Source of the DNA: Spirochaetota bacterium
GTDB taxonomy: Bacteria; Spirochaetota; Spirochaetia; SZUA-6
Length of the DNA stretch: 64,000 nt
Assembly: GCA_013151965.1 (NCBI GenBank)
Contig: JAADHF010000135.1
Coordinates: forward strand, 32,580 to 96,579
Reading direction: 5' to 3'
Under the pieces are notes generated by a model. The model did not search any database and had not been told where the DNA came from. It saw only the letters and a program-made list of their open reading frames with translations. Positions 33,537-43,460 of this stretch are shown piece by piece (position 1 is the stretch's first letter; every line of letters starts with the position of its first letter). The position numbers and the translations under genes are program-made.

Positions 33537-34679
33537 ATGAAACCGCTGGAATCAGTACTGATAAAACCTGCAGGCCCCGACTGCAATATGACATGCAGGT
33601 ACTGTTTTTACTCATGCAAAGCGGAGCTCTTTCCGCAGACAAAAATACATAGAATGACGGACACTATCCTTAAAACAACCGTTAAGCAGGTTATGAGGCA
33701 GGGAGGCCGTCATGTATCATTCGGCTGGCAGGGAGGCGAGCCTACCCTTACAGGTAAGCAATTCTATGAAAAGGCTGTAAACTACCAGAGAATATTCGGA
33801 AAACCGGGACAAACCGCAGCCAATGGATTACAGACCAATGGCATCCTCATAGACAAAAACTGGGCTCGCTTTTTACACGAGTACCGGTTTCTTGTCGGAC
33901 TGTCACTCGACGGACCGGAAAAAATTCACAACAGGTACAGGGTTCTGCGCGGAGAAACACCGGGCTGGGACAGGGTAATTAAGGCAAGAGATACTCTGCT
34001 TAATTCCGGGGTGGAAGTAAATGCACTCACCGTTGTTACCGCTTATTCGGTACGGTTTCCGGAGGAGATATACAAATTTCACAGGGACAATGGGCTTAAG
34101 TTTATGCAGTTTATACCATGTGTAGAGGCGGATCCGGCTGCTCCGGACGGAATTGCGGATTTTTCCGTTAAGCCGAAAGATTACGGGAAATTCTTAAGCG
34201 ATATTTTTGATCTGTGGATATCGGATTTCCGGCAGGGCAGACCGGCTACATCGGTAAGATGGTTCGATTCGGTGTTTTTTTCCTATGCCGGCCTGGAGGC
34301 GCCGGAATGCACACTGCAGGAGGAATGCGGCAAGTATGTTGTAATCGAACATAACGGAAATGTATATTCGTGCGATTTTTTTGTCGAACCGGAATGGAAA
34401 CTCGGAAATGTCATAAATGATAAACTTACAGACCTTCTTAACAGCCCGCTTCAGAATAAATTCGGAAGCATAAAGAAGAATCTCCACGAGTCATGCCGAA
34501 AATGCCCCTGGCTGCAGTATTGCCGGGGCGGCTGCCCCAAATACCGGCGGTACGGTACATCCGGCAGCGCAGAGCCGGCACAAAGTTATCTCTGCGAGTC
34601 GTATAGAATCTTTTTTAAACATGCAGACTCTGTCTTTAAAAAACTCGCCGCAGACTGGAAAAAACAGAACAGGACATAG
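33537..34679 (+). CDS. Radical SAM/SPASM enzyme of the anaerobic sulfatase-maturase (anSME) family
   Basis: The CNMTCRYC (CX3CX2C) cluster is followed by GWQGGEPTL. The C-terminal SPASM cysteines are CTLQEECGKY...YSCDFF...CRKCPWLQYCRGGCPK. The overall layout is typical of AtsB/ChuR-type maturases. Confidence 0.85.
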   Translation: MKPLESVLIKPAGPDCNMTCRYCFYSCKAELFPQTKIHRMTDTILKTTVKQVMRQGGRHVSFGWQGGEPTLTGKQFYEKAVNYQRIFGKPGQTAANGLQTNGILIDKNWARFLHEYRFLVGLSLDGPEKIHNRYRVLRGETPGWDRVIKARDTLLNSGVEVNALTVVTAYSVRFPEEIYKFHRDNGLKFMQFIPCVEADPAAPDGIADFSVKPKDYGKFLSDIFDLWISDFRQGRPATSVRWFDSVFFSYAGLEAPECTLQEECGKYVVIEHNGNVYSCDFFVEPEWKLGNVINDKLTDLLNSPLQNKFGSIKKNLHESCRKCPWLQYCRGGCPKYRRYGTSGSAEPAQSYLCESYRIFFKHADSVFKKLAADWKKQNRT

Positions 34680-34744
34680 CCCCCCCGGTTTACACATCGA
34701 TTTACAAGGGACGTACATTATCGGGCAATTAGAAAGAAAAACGG

Positions 34745-35764
34745 TTAAAAACCAAGCAGTTCCACTTTAAAGACCAAAAAGGCATCCGGAGGAATAACTC
34801 CGGGATATCCTCTGCTCCCATAGCCAAGTTCCGGCGGAATAATCAACAGCCTTTCTTCGCCTTTCTTCATAGTTTTTAGAGCTTCATTCCAGCCCTCTAT
34901 CACCTGACCGATTTTAAAAGAAGCGGGCTTTCCCCTTTTGTATGAACTGTCGAATATTTTCCCATCCAGCAGTTTCCCTTCGTAGTTTACAGATACAGTG
35001 GTCCCGTCAGCCGGACTCGAACTTCCTGTCCCTTTTTTTAAGACAACATATCTTAAGCCGCTTTTTGTTTCCTCTGCATTCGGCCATTTTTCTTTTATCA
35101 ATTTTAAATCCATTACTCTTTTCTCCCTGGCTTTTTTTATTACTTCTGCTTTTGCATTTTTAACTTCCGCATCAAAGGCATACTGTGTAGCCTTGAATTT
35201 TTCCGCATCCTTTCCCACACGAAGTATCTTAACCGTTGTAATCGAATCTCCCTTCTTTATTTCTTTTACAACGTTCTGGCCCGTAACAACATGGCCGAAA
35301 ACAGTATAGTATCCGTTTAGCCAGGGTGCCGCCGTATGGGTAATAAAAAACTGGCTCCCATTGGTATCCGGCCCTCTGTTGGCCATTCCGAGAACTCCGG
35401 GTTTGTCGAATTTCAGATCTTTACGTATCTCATTCGGAAACACATATCCCGGACCGCCCGATCCGTTCCCCGCAGGATCACCCGTCTGCACCATAAAATT
35501 AGGTATAACTCTGTGAAATTTAAGCCCGTCATAGAAGTGTTTGCCTGCTTTACCATTGGCCTTAAGTGTTCCTTCCGCCAATCCCACAAAGTTCATAACG
35601 GTCATTGGTACCTTTTTGTATTCGAGTTTAAGGATGATTTCCCCCTTCGCAGTTTCCATAACAGCGTAAAGGCCCTTCGGAAGGTCAGACCCTTCCGCCG
35701 ATACATTTAAAACAGGCAGCACAAATGCTGCCAGCACCAAAACAATAATAGCAATTCTTTTCAA
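34745..35764 (-). CDS. Dual-family peptidyl-prolyl isomerase: N-terminal cyclophilin domain fused to C-terminal FKBP domain, secreted
   Basis: It has a signal peptide. The cyclophilin motifs are FHRVIPNFMVQTGDP and GMANRGPDTNGSQFFITH. The FKBP motifs are VSVNYEGKLLDGKIFDSS, FKIGQVIEGWNEAL and IPPELGYG. Confidence 0.85.
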   Translation of the reverse strand: MKRIAIIVLVLAAFVLPVLNVSAEGSDLPKGLYAVMETAKGEIILKLEYKKVPMTVMNFVGLAEGTLKANGKAGKHFYDGLKFHRVIPNFMVQTGDPAGNGSGGPGYVFPNEIRKDLKFDKPGVLGMANRGPDTNGSQFFITHTAAPWLNGYYTVFGHVVTGQNVVKEIKKGDSITTVKILRVGKDAEKFKATQYAFDAEVKNAKAEVIKKAREKRVMDLKLIKEKWPNAEETKSGLRYVVLKKGTGSSSPADGTTVSVNYEGKLLDGKIFDSSYKRGKPASFKIGQVIEGWNEALKTMKKGEERLLIIPPELGYGSRGYPGVIPPDAFLVFKVELLGF

Positions 35765-35784
35765 TTTTTAACTCCTGTAAAATA

Positions 35785-36198
35785 CTATAAAAGTTCTTTT
35801 CCTGTCGTTGTTCCGATGAAACGTCCGTGAATTACACCGCGGGTACTTATCAGAGAGTCGGCCAGTTTCTGTATCTTTTTTGCTTTGCCCTTAAGCACGA
35901 TAACCTCGAGGCAGTTGTGTTCATCGAGATGCGCATGAAGCGAAGAAACAATACACTCAAAGTCATGATGCTGTACATCGACAAGCTTCCGGGCGAGTTC
36001 ATACCTATGATGATCATAGACAATTACCGCAACCCCTGCGGTTTCCTTATCGCCGTGCAGCCACTCTTTTTGAACGAAAATATCCCGTATAAGGTCACGG
36101 ATCGCTTCCGACCTGTTGGAATACCCTTCGTTTGCTATCAATTCATCGAATTTATCAAGCAGGGTATCTTCCAGAGACATACTGAAACGTTTAAGCAT
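35785..36198 (-). CDS. nikR: Nickel-responsive regulator NikR
   Basis: The start is taken at MLKRFSMSLED. The ribbon-helix-helix is LDKFDELIANEGYSNRSEAIRDLIRD. The C-terminal metal site pattern is SLHAHLDEHNCLEV (HxH...C). Confidence 0.8.
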   Translation of the reverse strand: MLKRFSMSLEDTLLDKFDELIANEGYSNRSEAIRDLIRDIFVQKEWLHGDKETAGVAVIVYDHHRYELARKLVDVQHHDFECIVSSLHAHLDEHNCLEVIVLKGKAKKIQKLADSLISTRGVIHGRFIGTTTGKELL

Positions 36199-36249
36199 TA
36201 AACATTTCCCATACATCTAAAAGCATAATACCATTCACCCTGAATTCCC

Positions 36250-36453
36250 TTATATAGTCCTTTTAATATGATCTACAAACTCTCTTAAATGCATATTTTC
36301 GTTCCGCAGTCTTTCTATCTCGTATACCATCCACAGAAAATCCTCATCCGCTTCTTCGATATCGTACATCAGTTCCGAAGAGGGATTGTATTTGCTGTAA
36401 TATACAGTACTTTTATTTTTCTTATCCTTAATTACTGTAAGCCTGTCTTCCAT
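36250..36453 (-). CDS. Hypothetical small protein (67 aa)
   Basis: The ORF is on the same strand as its neighbours and is charged and helical-looking. I recognised no family. Confidence 0.3.
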   Translation of the reverse strand: MEDRLTVIKDKKNKSTVYYSKYNPSSELMYDIEEADEDFLWMVYEIERLRNENMHLREFVDHIKRTI

Positions 36454-36544
36454 AGATTCTTATCCGGTACAGCAAAGGTTATACAAGATAGCATTTTTAG
36501 TCCAGTAATTTAGATGACAATTTTTACTTCATTCTTAAAATTAA

Positions 36545-37687
36545 TTAAAATATTTCCACTTTGCTTTTTAAAAACCCGGTACGAATAAGGTTATAAATTG
36601 TAAGTAAAGACAGAGAAAGCATGGTTAAACGAAGCCCGAGAACAGACTGTTTCGACAGGATACCAATCAGCGGCTGCACTAAAGATACAGCAATACCGCC
36701 CACGGCTATAAGCGTCCCGACGGCAAAACCATTGGAACCGCTGTAGCGGGTGCCGGCAACGGAAACAAGCGTAGGCCAGACAGGCCCCATTCCGATACCC
36801 ATAAACAGGATAGAAGGAAGTACAATCCATAACTTCAGCGTACTGAACGTTAATATCTGGAAGGTAAGGGTAAACAAAAACGAAAAAATCAGAATCGACC
36901 TGCTTTTAATCCCGTGCAAAGCCGAACCGACTAAAAACCTGCTTAATCCGAGTCCGGCCCAGAATAGAGCGATACATAGGGGAGCAGTCCCCGCAGTTAA
37001 TCCCAGCAGATCCGTTCCGTATTTTGCAAGCCAGCTTACGGTTCCCATCTCCGCTGCAACATAAACAAACAGACTTACGGCAAGAAACTTCCACGACCTG
37101 TCGGAAAGGAGTTCCCTGATATTAACCTTCCTTGCAGCAGAAGTTACGGCCTGATTCGTTTTAAGAAACAGAAAACCTGCAGCTAAAACAATACCTGCCA
37201 GACCTGCAGAAAAAAGTATCCAGAATATTTTCATGCCGGGGAAAACCCTGTACAGAACGACAATAAGAAACGGCCCGCCCGCAGCACCTATCGAAAAAAA
37301 GGTCTGGGAAACGTTCATTATAGAACGTTCCCTTCCAGGGAATGAATCCGACAGTAAGGCGGATGCCTGACCCTCGACAATGCCCATTCCGATACCGAAC
37401 AGAATAACCACAAAGGTCCTTATCCAGAAACTGCTCACAAATGCGGATATAAGAAACGGAACTCCGAGGAGAAGGGATCCTGCCACAAGCACCGGACGTT
37501 TCCCCACCCTGTCCGTTACCATACCTATACCTGCCGCTGTAAAAGGAAAGAGGAGAAACAGAAAGGCGAGTAGTATTCCCTGCATAAAGGAGCTTTCATT
37601 AATCTGCGACAGTATGGAGGGGAATATCTGGCTGTTAACCGAGAGCACAAGAATGGCACTGTATGTAATAAATAGTGTAAATCCCAT
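36545..37687 (-). CDS. MFS transporter
   Basis: It has about 12 predicted TM helices, and the MFS loop motif is MVTDRVGKRPVLV. Confidence 0.8.
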   Translation of the reverse strand: MGFTLFITYSAILVLSVNSQIFPSILSQINESSFMQGILLAFLFLLFPFTAAGIGMVTDRVGKRPVLVAGSLLLGVPFLISAFVSSFWIRTFVVILFGIGMGIVEGQASALLSDSFPGRERSIMNVSQTFFSIGAAGGPFLIVVLYRVFPGMKIFWILFSAGLAGIVLAAGFLFLKTNQAVTSAARKVNIRELLSDRSWKFLAVSLFVYVAAEMGTVSWLAKYGTDLLGLTAGTAPLCIALFWAGLGLSRFLVGSALHGIKSRSILIFSFLFTLTFQILTFSTLKLWIVLPSILFMGIGMGPVWPTLVSVAGTRYSGSNGFAVGTLIAVGGIAVSLVQPLIGILSKQSVLGLRLTMLSLSLLTIYNLIRTGFLKSKVEIF

Positions 37688-37697
37688 TATTATCTGC

Positions 37698-38213
37698 CTA
37701 CAAAAGGTTCCTTTCCGTTAACTTTTTATACTCCAGCTGAAAGGTCGGGGTTAATCTTTTCTGTGTCTTAAATTTTTCTATATCCTGCGGTGTATAAAAA
37801 GCTCCTCCGCTTAACTCCGAAGAATCAAATTTGATGGCACCGCGCGCCGGAGAATAAACAAGCATAAAGGTATGCACATATTCAGCCTCGAAGTCATCCC
37901 TGTAAATATAACCATACAGGTATTTAGCACCGGTAGCATCTATGCCGATTTCCTCTTTTACCTCCCGTATAAGAGCCTCTTCTACGGATTCATAAGCCTT
38001 AATATGTCCGCCCACGGAAGTATCCATGAGGTCGGGATACCGCTTTTTGCTTAATGAGCGTCTCTGCAAAAAAAGCTCTCCCGAAGCATTAAACAGATGG
38101 AGGTGTACAACGGAATGCAGCAGCTCCGGATTCCCATGGCACTCTCCTCTTGCTGCGGTCCCGGCCGCTTTTCCGTTTTCATCTACAAGCTGAAACATTT
38201 CATCGCCGGACAC
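37698..38213 (-). CDS. NUDIX hydrolase
   Basis: The Nudix box-like segment is GGHIKAYESVEEALIREVKEEIGI. Confidence 0.7.
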   Translation of the reverse strand: MSGDEMFQLVDENGKAAGTAARGECHGNPELLHSVVHLHLFNASGELFLQRRSLSKKRYPDLMDTSVGGHIKAYESVEEALIREVKEEIGIDATGAKYLYGYIYRDDFEAEYVHTFMLVYSPARGAIKFDSSELSGGAFYTPQDIEKFKTQKRLTPTFQLEYKKLTERNLL

Positions 38214-38218
38214 GATAA

Positions 38219-39328
38219 TTAACCATCCCTCTCCGAAAGCAGATCATCCGGGACAATCCCGCTTCCGTCTGCAATATCCCTTGCCGCTCTTCTTCCGATA
38301 ATAACATCTAACATCTCAGGGTGCATTCCCGGTTTAAGATTCTTTTCCGTCCTTAGAAGTGCAATATTTTCTGCACTTAACACATCACCGGCCTTTATCG
38401 ATTTTACAGCATGTATCGACCTGTTTGTTGTGATGTAGTTGTTTTCCTCGGCAGGAGAAAGCCTTTTAATACCATCCCCTAAAACTTCTGCAACCTTCGT
38501 TCTGCCGTACAACTTTTCCAGATACAACAGGGTTTCCTCCGCGCCTCTCGAATACACAGCCTTTACCTCTTCTACCATTTTCTTAAAATCATCCGGCTCC
38601 AGAGCAATAGAATCATCCAGGCCTTTATTACTCCTCGATATGGTAAAGTGTTTCTCGATTACTGCAGCGCCCTGTACAGCAGACAGAACCGGGACCAGAA
38701 CAGGGTCAGGGGAATGATCCGAGACACCGGTGACTATGCCGAATATACGGTTTAGATTCTCTATCAGTTTAAGGTTGTAGTCCTCTTCCGGAGCGGGATA
38801 GGATGTAACGCAGTGCAGAAGAACTGTGTCTTTTCCCGTTATTTTAAGCGCCTTTTCTATATCACAGAGTTTTGAAACACCTGTGGAAAGTATAACCGGA
38901 ACATGATACGCCGCTACTTCGCGAAGAAGGGGAAAATGATTCAGTTCCGGCGAAGCAATCTTAACAGCCTTAACATTGAGTTTTTTAAGTATCCGTGCAC
39001 TTTTTATGCCGAAGGGAGTGCAGAGAAACAACAAACCCCTGTCCTCTGCATAAGCCTTAATACTCTTAAAAAACTCTTCATCTTTCTCCAGGGCTTTAAA
39101 ACTTTTATAAAGATCTATACTGCCGCCGGGAAGCCTTACCATTCCTGTGCTGTGGTGGATTATTTCGTCCGCAAATACAGCCTGAAATTTAATGCAGTCC
39201 GCACCGGCATCTTCAGCCCTGCTGATAAGTTCATAGGCCCGGTCGAGGTTTCCTCCATGGGCAGTACCCGCTTCAGCTATTATAAGCGGAACAGCTCCTG
39301 TTTTTACCTCTTTCGAGCCTATATACAT
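38219..39328 (-). CDS. NeuB-family nonulosonic (sialic/pseudaminic/legionaminic) acid synthase with C-terminal SAF domain
   Basis: PLIIAEAGTAHGGNLDRAYELISRAEDAGADCIKFQ marks the NeuB TIM barrel. The C-terminal SAF-like segment is KAGDVLSAENIALLR. Confidence 0.85.
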   Translation of the reverse strand: MYIGSKEVKTGAVPLIIAEAGTAHGGNLDRAYELISRAEDAGADCIKFQAVFADEIIHHSTGMVRLPGGSIDLYKSFKALEKDEEFFKSIKAYAEDRGLLFLCTPFGIKSARILKKLNVKAVKIASPELNHFPLLREVAAYHVPVILSTGVSKLCDIEKALKITGKDTVLLHCVTSYPAPEEDYNLKLIENLNRIFGIVTGVSDHSPDPVLVPVLSAVQGAAVIEKHFTISRSNKGLDDSIALEPDDFKKMVEEVKAVYSRGAEETLLYLEKLYGRTKVAEVLGDGIKRLSPAEENNYITTNRSIHAVKSIKAGDVLSAENIALLRTEKNLKPGMHPEMLDVIIGRRAARDIADGSGIVPDDLLSERDG

Positions 39329-39334
39329 ATCATG

Positions 39335-40672
39335 TTACCCTTGAGAATACTTTTTAGAGCGTATGGCAATTACCAGAAACATCAGCGCCAGGGGCAGTAA
39401 TGAAAGCAATAAGATAAACAGGGAATTCTGTGACCGTATTATGATCCGTACCTGCCTGTCGCTGCCCTTTAGATAATTCCCGTTTTTGTCCTGCAGCTTT
39501 ATCTTTAAATACTTCATATTCCGCTGAATCGGAATATAAAAAGCCCTTAAGCTCGGCTGTCTTCCCTCTTCCTGTTTTTTCGGGTTAAAGGGAACAATTT
39601 TATATCCCAAAGAAGCACCTTTAGTCTGCTGTACGTAGTACGGTTTTTCCAGAACAACCTGTGTCGTGGCATCTTTCCTTGTAACCTCCACACGTGCCTT
39701 CGGAACCTGCTGTATCCTGACCCATTTCATAATGTTGGGATTCCCCTTGGAATCGTTTTTAAGGGTTTTATTGTAGTAAAGGTCGTTAAACTCATCCTGG
39801 TAAAAGGGACGCAGGTAAAGATCTGTCGTACCGTCTATATAAAGTATCGACGAGGGGGTATTGGACTGGACAGGACGGGTCCATCTGTCTGCAGGTATAA
39901 CATCATACCCGACACCGTCTGCCCTTCTCTTTTTATAGACAACGACCTTTTTTTCCGAACCTTCCATGATTTTTCCGTCTTTTGTAATAAAACGCACCGC
40001 ATATTCTCCGGGAGGAAGATTAAAAATAAACGCTTTCTCAAGGGGTCTTACATAGTAGGAGGGCCCCTTGGGCTGCTTCGGAGGTTTTTTAAGGGCATTA
40101 AGGTCCTTTAAAAACTTCTTTGTATCCTCTCCCTTTTTACGGGCCTCTGAAATTCTCTTTGTCAGAGCATTCAGCGCGGCCTCATATTGAGCCTTATCCT
40201 TATAGTACTTTCCTACAGCTTTCCAGTATTCAGCGACAAGTTCTGAGTATTTTTTCCACTCTTTGTCAGCGGCTTTTCCCATGAACACCTTCCAGTTGAC
40301 CTGATACTCTCCCGGCGCATTGTAATAAGTATAACGTACCTGTTTTAACTTCTTTAAAGGCATATTTTTACCTTTAATCTCTATTGTTCCTTCGAAAGGT
40401 TTATTTAAGGCATCGGTATCCACCTTCCAGTCCTGGGTAATCGGCCAGAAATATACAAGTGTTTTTCGAATGGTAATAAAATTATCAACCCCTGCCATAA
40501 TGTAGAATGTACCCGAATCCTGCCTGGCAAAAGTCCCGGAATATTCCTTGCCCAGGAAAGCCATAATCGAATATATAAGCTCTTCTTTACGCACAGGTAC
40601 ATCCGCTACAGCGGGAATAACGACCAGAACTGCAAGTGCAATAACTAAAAGTGCAAACCTTAACTTTTTCAT
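39335..40672 (-). CDS. Hypothetical exported protein with C-terminal TM anchor (ABC-2 transporter accessory?)
   Basis: The start is re-called at MKKLRFALLVIALAVLVVIPAVA (signal peptide), abutting the permease stop. The C-terminal hydrophobic anchor is LFILLLSLLPLALMFLVIAI. I recognised no domain. Confidence 0.5.
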   Translation of the reverse strand: MKKLRFALLVIALAVLVVIPAVADVPVRKEELIYSIMAFLGKEYSGTFARQDSGTFYIMAGVDNFITIRKTLVYFWPITQDWKVDTDALNKPFEGTIEIKGKNMPLKKLKQVRYTYYNAPGEYQVNWKVFMGKAADKEWKKYSELVAEYWKAVGKYYKDKAQYEAALNALTKRISEARKKGEDTKKFLKDLNALKKPPKQPKGPSYYVRPLEKAFIFNLPPGEYAVRFITKDGKIMEGSEKKVVVYKKRRADGVGYDVIPADRWTRPVQSNTPSSILYIDGTTDLYLRPFYQDEFNDLYYNKTLKNDSKGNPNIMKWVRIQQVPKARVEVTRKDATTQVVLEKPYYVQQTKGASLGYKIVPFNPKKQEEGRQPSLRAFYIPIQRNMKYLKIKLQDKNGNYLKGSDRQVRIIIRSQNSLFILLLSLLPLALMFLVIAIRSKKYSQG

Positions 40673-41538
40673 ACCCTTACTCCTCTCGCTTTTAATACAA
40701 GGTGGCTTATTACAAGAATTACAATGGACAACAATAATAAAAGAAAGAGGTTCACAACAAATACCCCTCCGTTGCCGTAACCTATGGAAGACAGTGCAAG
40801 ATGCCAGTAGAACAGAGGCGAAACCCATTTAACTATCCATGCAAGTACATTGGAAAGGTTTGTCACATAGCCGCTGATAATGGCAAAAGAACCCATCTGC
40901 AGAATTATAAAGAATATGGATATGCCGAGGAACAGGGCAATGCCGGATACCGCACTATCGGTTACAACGGAAGAAATAATACCATAGGAAAAGAACGCAA
41001 GAGAAAGAAAAAGGATAACAATACATGAGTAAAAAAACTCGGGGCCAAGTACCATATTGTTAACGATGGCTGTGATCCAGAAAAAAACCAGGACTGCACC
41101 TAAAAATACAAACGTAAAAACGATGTCCTTTACAAGAGAAGCCAGAAAATACGAAGTACCATCGGAGGGCCCGTAAACCAGAAGTTCTATTGCGCCGACC
41201 TTCTTTTCGAAGCCGAATTTAAAAACAGAGCTTATGGTTAAATAGAGCAGAAAGGGAATATATGCGATATACAGTGCAAAGAGAAAGGGACCTTCGGAAA
41301 ACAGTTTTATTACAAAAGTATCCCCGAAAGCTCCCGAAAGGGACTTTGCGATCAACTCATATACCGGATTTAATCCGTAGTTTAAACCGCTTGAATCTAT
41401 CGAATTAATAAATCCGTTTATAAGAAAATAACCCAGAAGCAGACTTACGGAAAGTGCAATATAAAAACCAGGGGTTATAAAAGTTTCGAATATCTTTCTT
41501 CGTGAAATTGCCTTTACAGCATTGAGCCTGTAATTCAT
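40669..41538 (-). CDS. ABC-2-type transporter permease
   Basis: It is a six-TM hydrophobic protein with a 4-nt overlap with the upstream ATPase gene. Confidence 0.7.
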   Translation of the reverse strand: MNYRLNAVKAISRRKIFETFITPGFYIALSVSLLLGYFLINGFINSIDSSGLNYGLNPVYELIAKSLSGAFGDTFVIKLFSEGPFLFALYIAYIPFLLYLTISSVFKFGFEKKVGAIELLVYGPSDGTSYFLASLVKDIVFTFVFLGAVLVFFWITAIVNNMVLGPEFFYSCIVILFLSLAFFSYGIISSVVTDSAVSGIALFLGISIFFIILQMGSFAIISGYVTNLSNVLAWIVKWVSPLFYWHLALSSIGYGNGGVFVVNLFLLLLLSIVILVISHLVLKARGVRV

Positions 41539-42488
41539 GCTTTACCTCCGACTCCGGCGAGCAGCTTAACATTATCCTGTGTAATCGTAACAAAAGCCTC
41601 TTCCAGGGATATCGATTTTTCTTTAAACTGGAGAGGAATAAGTTCCTTCTTAATAAGAAACCGGGAGATATCTTTTCTGTAATCACCCTCTTTCGGTACC
41701 TTAACTGCAATAGTGGTTTCCGTAACGGAAACACTGTTTACAAAATCTAATTTCTCTATCTCTTCGGCAAGACCATCGGGAACCTCTTCCAGATCTATAT
41801 CGATCTCCCTGTCCCGTGCAAGCTTTAAAAGAAGGACATCCATACTGTCCTCGGCAAGAAGCTTCCCGTTAAAAATAATGGCAACTCTGTGACATATTTT
41901 TTCCATCTCGGATAAGAGGTGGGAAGAAATAAAGATAGTCCTTCCTTCCCTGTTTTCCGCTATTATAAGATCACGTACCTGTTTTATTCCTATAGGATCG
42001 AGACCGGATATCGGTTCGTCTAAAAAAAGAATATCCGGATCGTGCAGCAGGGCGCGGACTATGCTTAACTTCTGAAGCATCCCCCTTGAAAATTCGGATA
42101 TCCGCTTGTTTGCCACGCCTATAAGTTTTACCTGGGTCAACAGATCTTCTATCCTCTTCCCGGGATTCTTTAAACCGAATATATCGGCAAAAAAACTCAA
42201 ATACTCACCCGCAGTCATCCATGACCACATCCCTACCGGGTGTTTCTCGGGAACCACACCGATACGCCTCCGCAGATCCAGTCTGCCGGATGTATATTCC
42301 TCTCCGAAGAGCTCTATTCTGCCTGCGGTAGGGGACGTTATTCCTAAAAGCATCATAATCGTCGATGTTTTCCCCGCACCATTCGGCCCTAAAAAACCAT
42401 AAATCTCACCGGCAGGTATACTAAGATCTACATTATCTACTGCTGTGAAATCACCATATTTCTTTGTCAAACCTTCTGTTTGAATCAA
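41535..42488 (-). CDS. ABC transporter ATP-binding protein
   Basis: Walker A is GPNGAGKTS, the signature is FSRGMLQKL, and Walker B is ILFLDEP. It has a C-terminal extension typical of ABC-2 exporter ATPases. Confidence 0.9.
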   Translation of the reverse strand: MIQTEGLTKKYGDFTAVDNVDLSIPAGEIYGFLGPNGAGKTSTIMMLLGITSPTAGRIELFGEEYTSGRLDLRRRIGVVPEKHPVGMWSWMTAGEYLSFFADIFGLKNPGKRIEDLLTQVKLIGVANKRISEFSRGMLQKLSIVRALLHDPDILFLDEPISGLDPIGIKQVRDLIIAENREGRTIFISSHLLSEMEKICHRVAIIFNGKLLAEDSMDVLLLKLARDREIDIDLEEVPDGLAEEIEKLDFVNSVSVTETTIAVKVPKEGDYRKDISRFLIKKELIPLQFKEKSISLEEAFVTITQDNVKLLAGVGGKA

Positions 42489-42544
42489 CTCAAGCCTCCT
42501 GCTTTTTCACATATCTTGTGAAACTTATTGATATAAAAATCTCA

Positions 42545-43381
42545 CTACTGTTTTGCCTTTTCATTCCAGGTAGTATCCGTATAATAACTGATTCGTCCCT
42601 TATAACCATTTAAGTAATCCGTCGTTTCCTTAATCGAATCAAAGGAAAGAACCTTTTTTACAACCTCATCAACTTCCTTATCCTTAATTTTTCTCGGATC
42701 CGGAACTATGAGAAGATAATCAAGAACCCAGTAAGATGCTTCGCTCTTCTTTATGCCGGCAGAAGGCACAACCGCACTGTAACGAAAAATTGTTTCCGGA
42801 GCTGCATCCCAGCTCCACTTGATTTCGTCCCTGTACAGCTCTTTGCCTCTCCCGGAACCGGAATCCGTGGGTTCGACAACATAAACACCGTTCTTTAACT
42901 GTTCGGAAACCCTCACTATAATTCGAATATTAAGACACGGATGATTTATTACCGCTTTTTTATCCTTGCCCACCGGACGTATTTCCAGTTTAATGCCATT
43001 GTCAACCTTGCTTGTAAAAATCACGAAATGGTCCAGATTAGGTATTTCATATCCGGATAGATATATGGGTTTTTCTATTACATTTTTACCCTTTTTAATG
43101 GTAACCCCGATGTTCTTAGAAACATAATAGGGCGCCTCTATCTTAAGTTCCTGCTTTCCCGGTTTAAGATGGGTAAATTTAAAATCCTTCTGGAAAAATC
43201 CCTCTATCACCCTGTTTTCCAGCTGAATATCGGACTTCCACACCCATTCCCTGCTTACCGCATCCACCAGTTTAAACTGCAGTGTCGTATCAAAAGAGAG
43301 CGAGTTTATATAAACTCCGACTGCGATCACTGCGAGAATTACAATCAGTATAATCCAAAGCCACCATCTTTTCCTCTTCAT
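42545..43381 (-). CDS. Hypothetical membrane-anchored protein
   Basis: MKRKRWWLWIILIVILAVIAVGVY is an N-terminal TM, followed by a beta-rich soluble domain. It is the first gene of the ABC-2 cluster. An alternative start is at 43405. Confidence 0.45.
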   Translation of the reverse strand: MKRKRWWLWIILIVILAVIAVGVYINSLSFDTTLQFKLVDAVSREWVWKSDIQLENRVIEGFFQKDFKFTHLKPGKQELKIEAPYYVSKNIGVTIKKGKNVIEKPIYLSGYEIPNLDHFVIFTSKVDNGIKLEIRPVGKDKKAVINHPCLNIRIIVRVSEQLKNGVYVVEPTDSGSGRGKELYRDEIKWSWDAAPETIFRYSAVVPSAGIKKSEASYWVLDYLLIVPDPRKIKDKEVDEVVKKVLSFDSIKETTDYLNGYKGRISYYTDTTWNEKAKQ

Positions 43382-43460
43382 GAGTAATCCCTCTTCGTTA
43401 TGCAATTATTTAAAATTATTCCATGTTAAGTAATAAACAGATTACAGTCAATCTGTTTAT

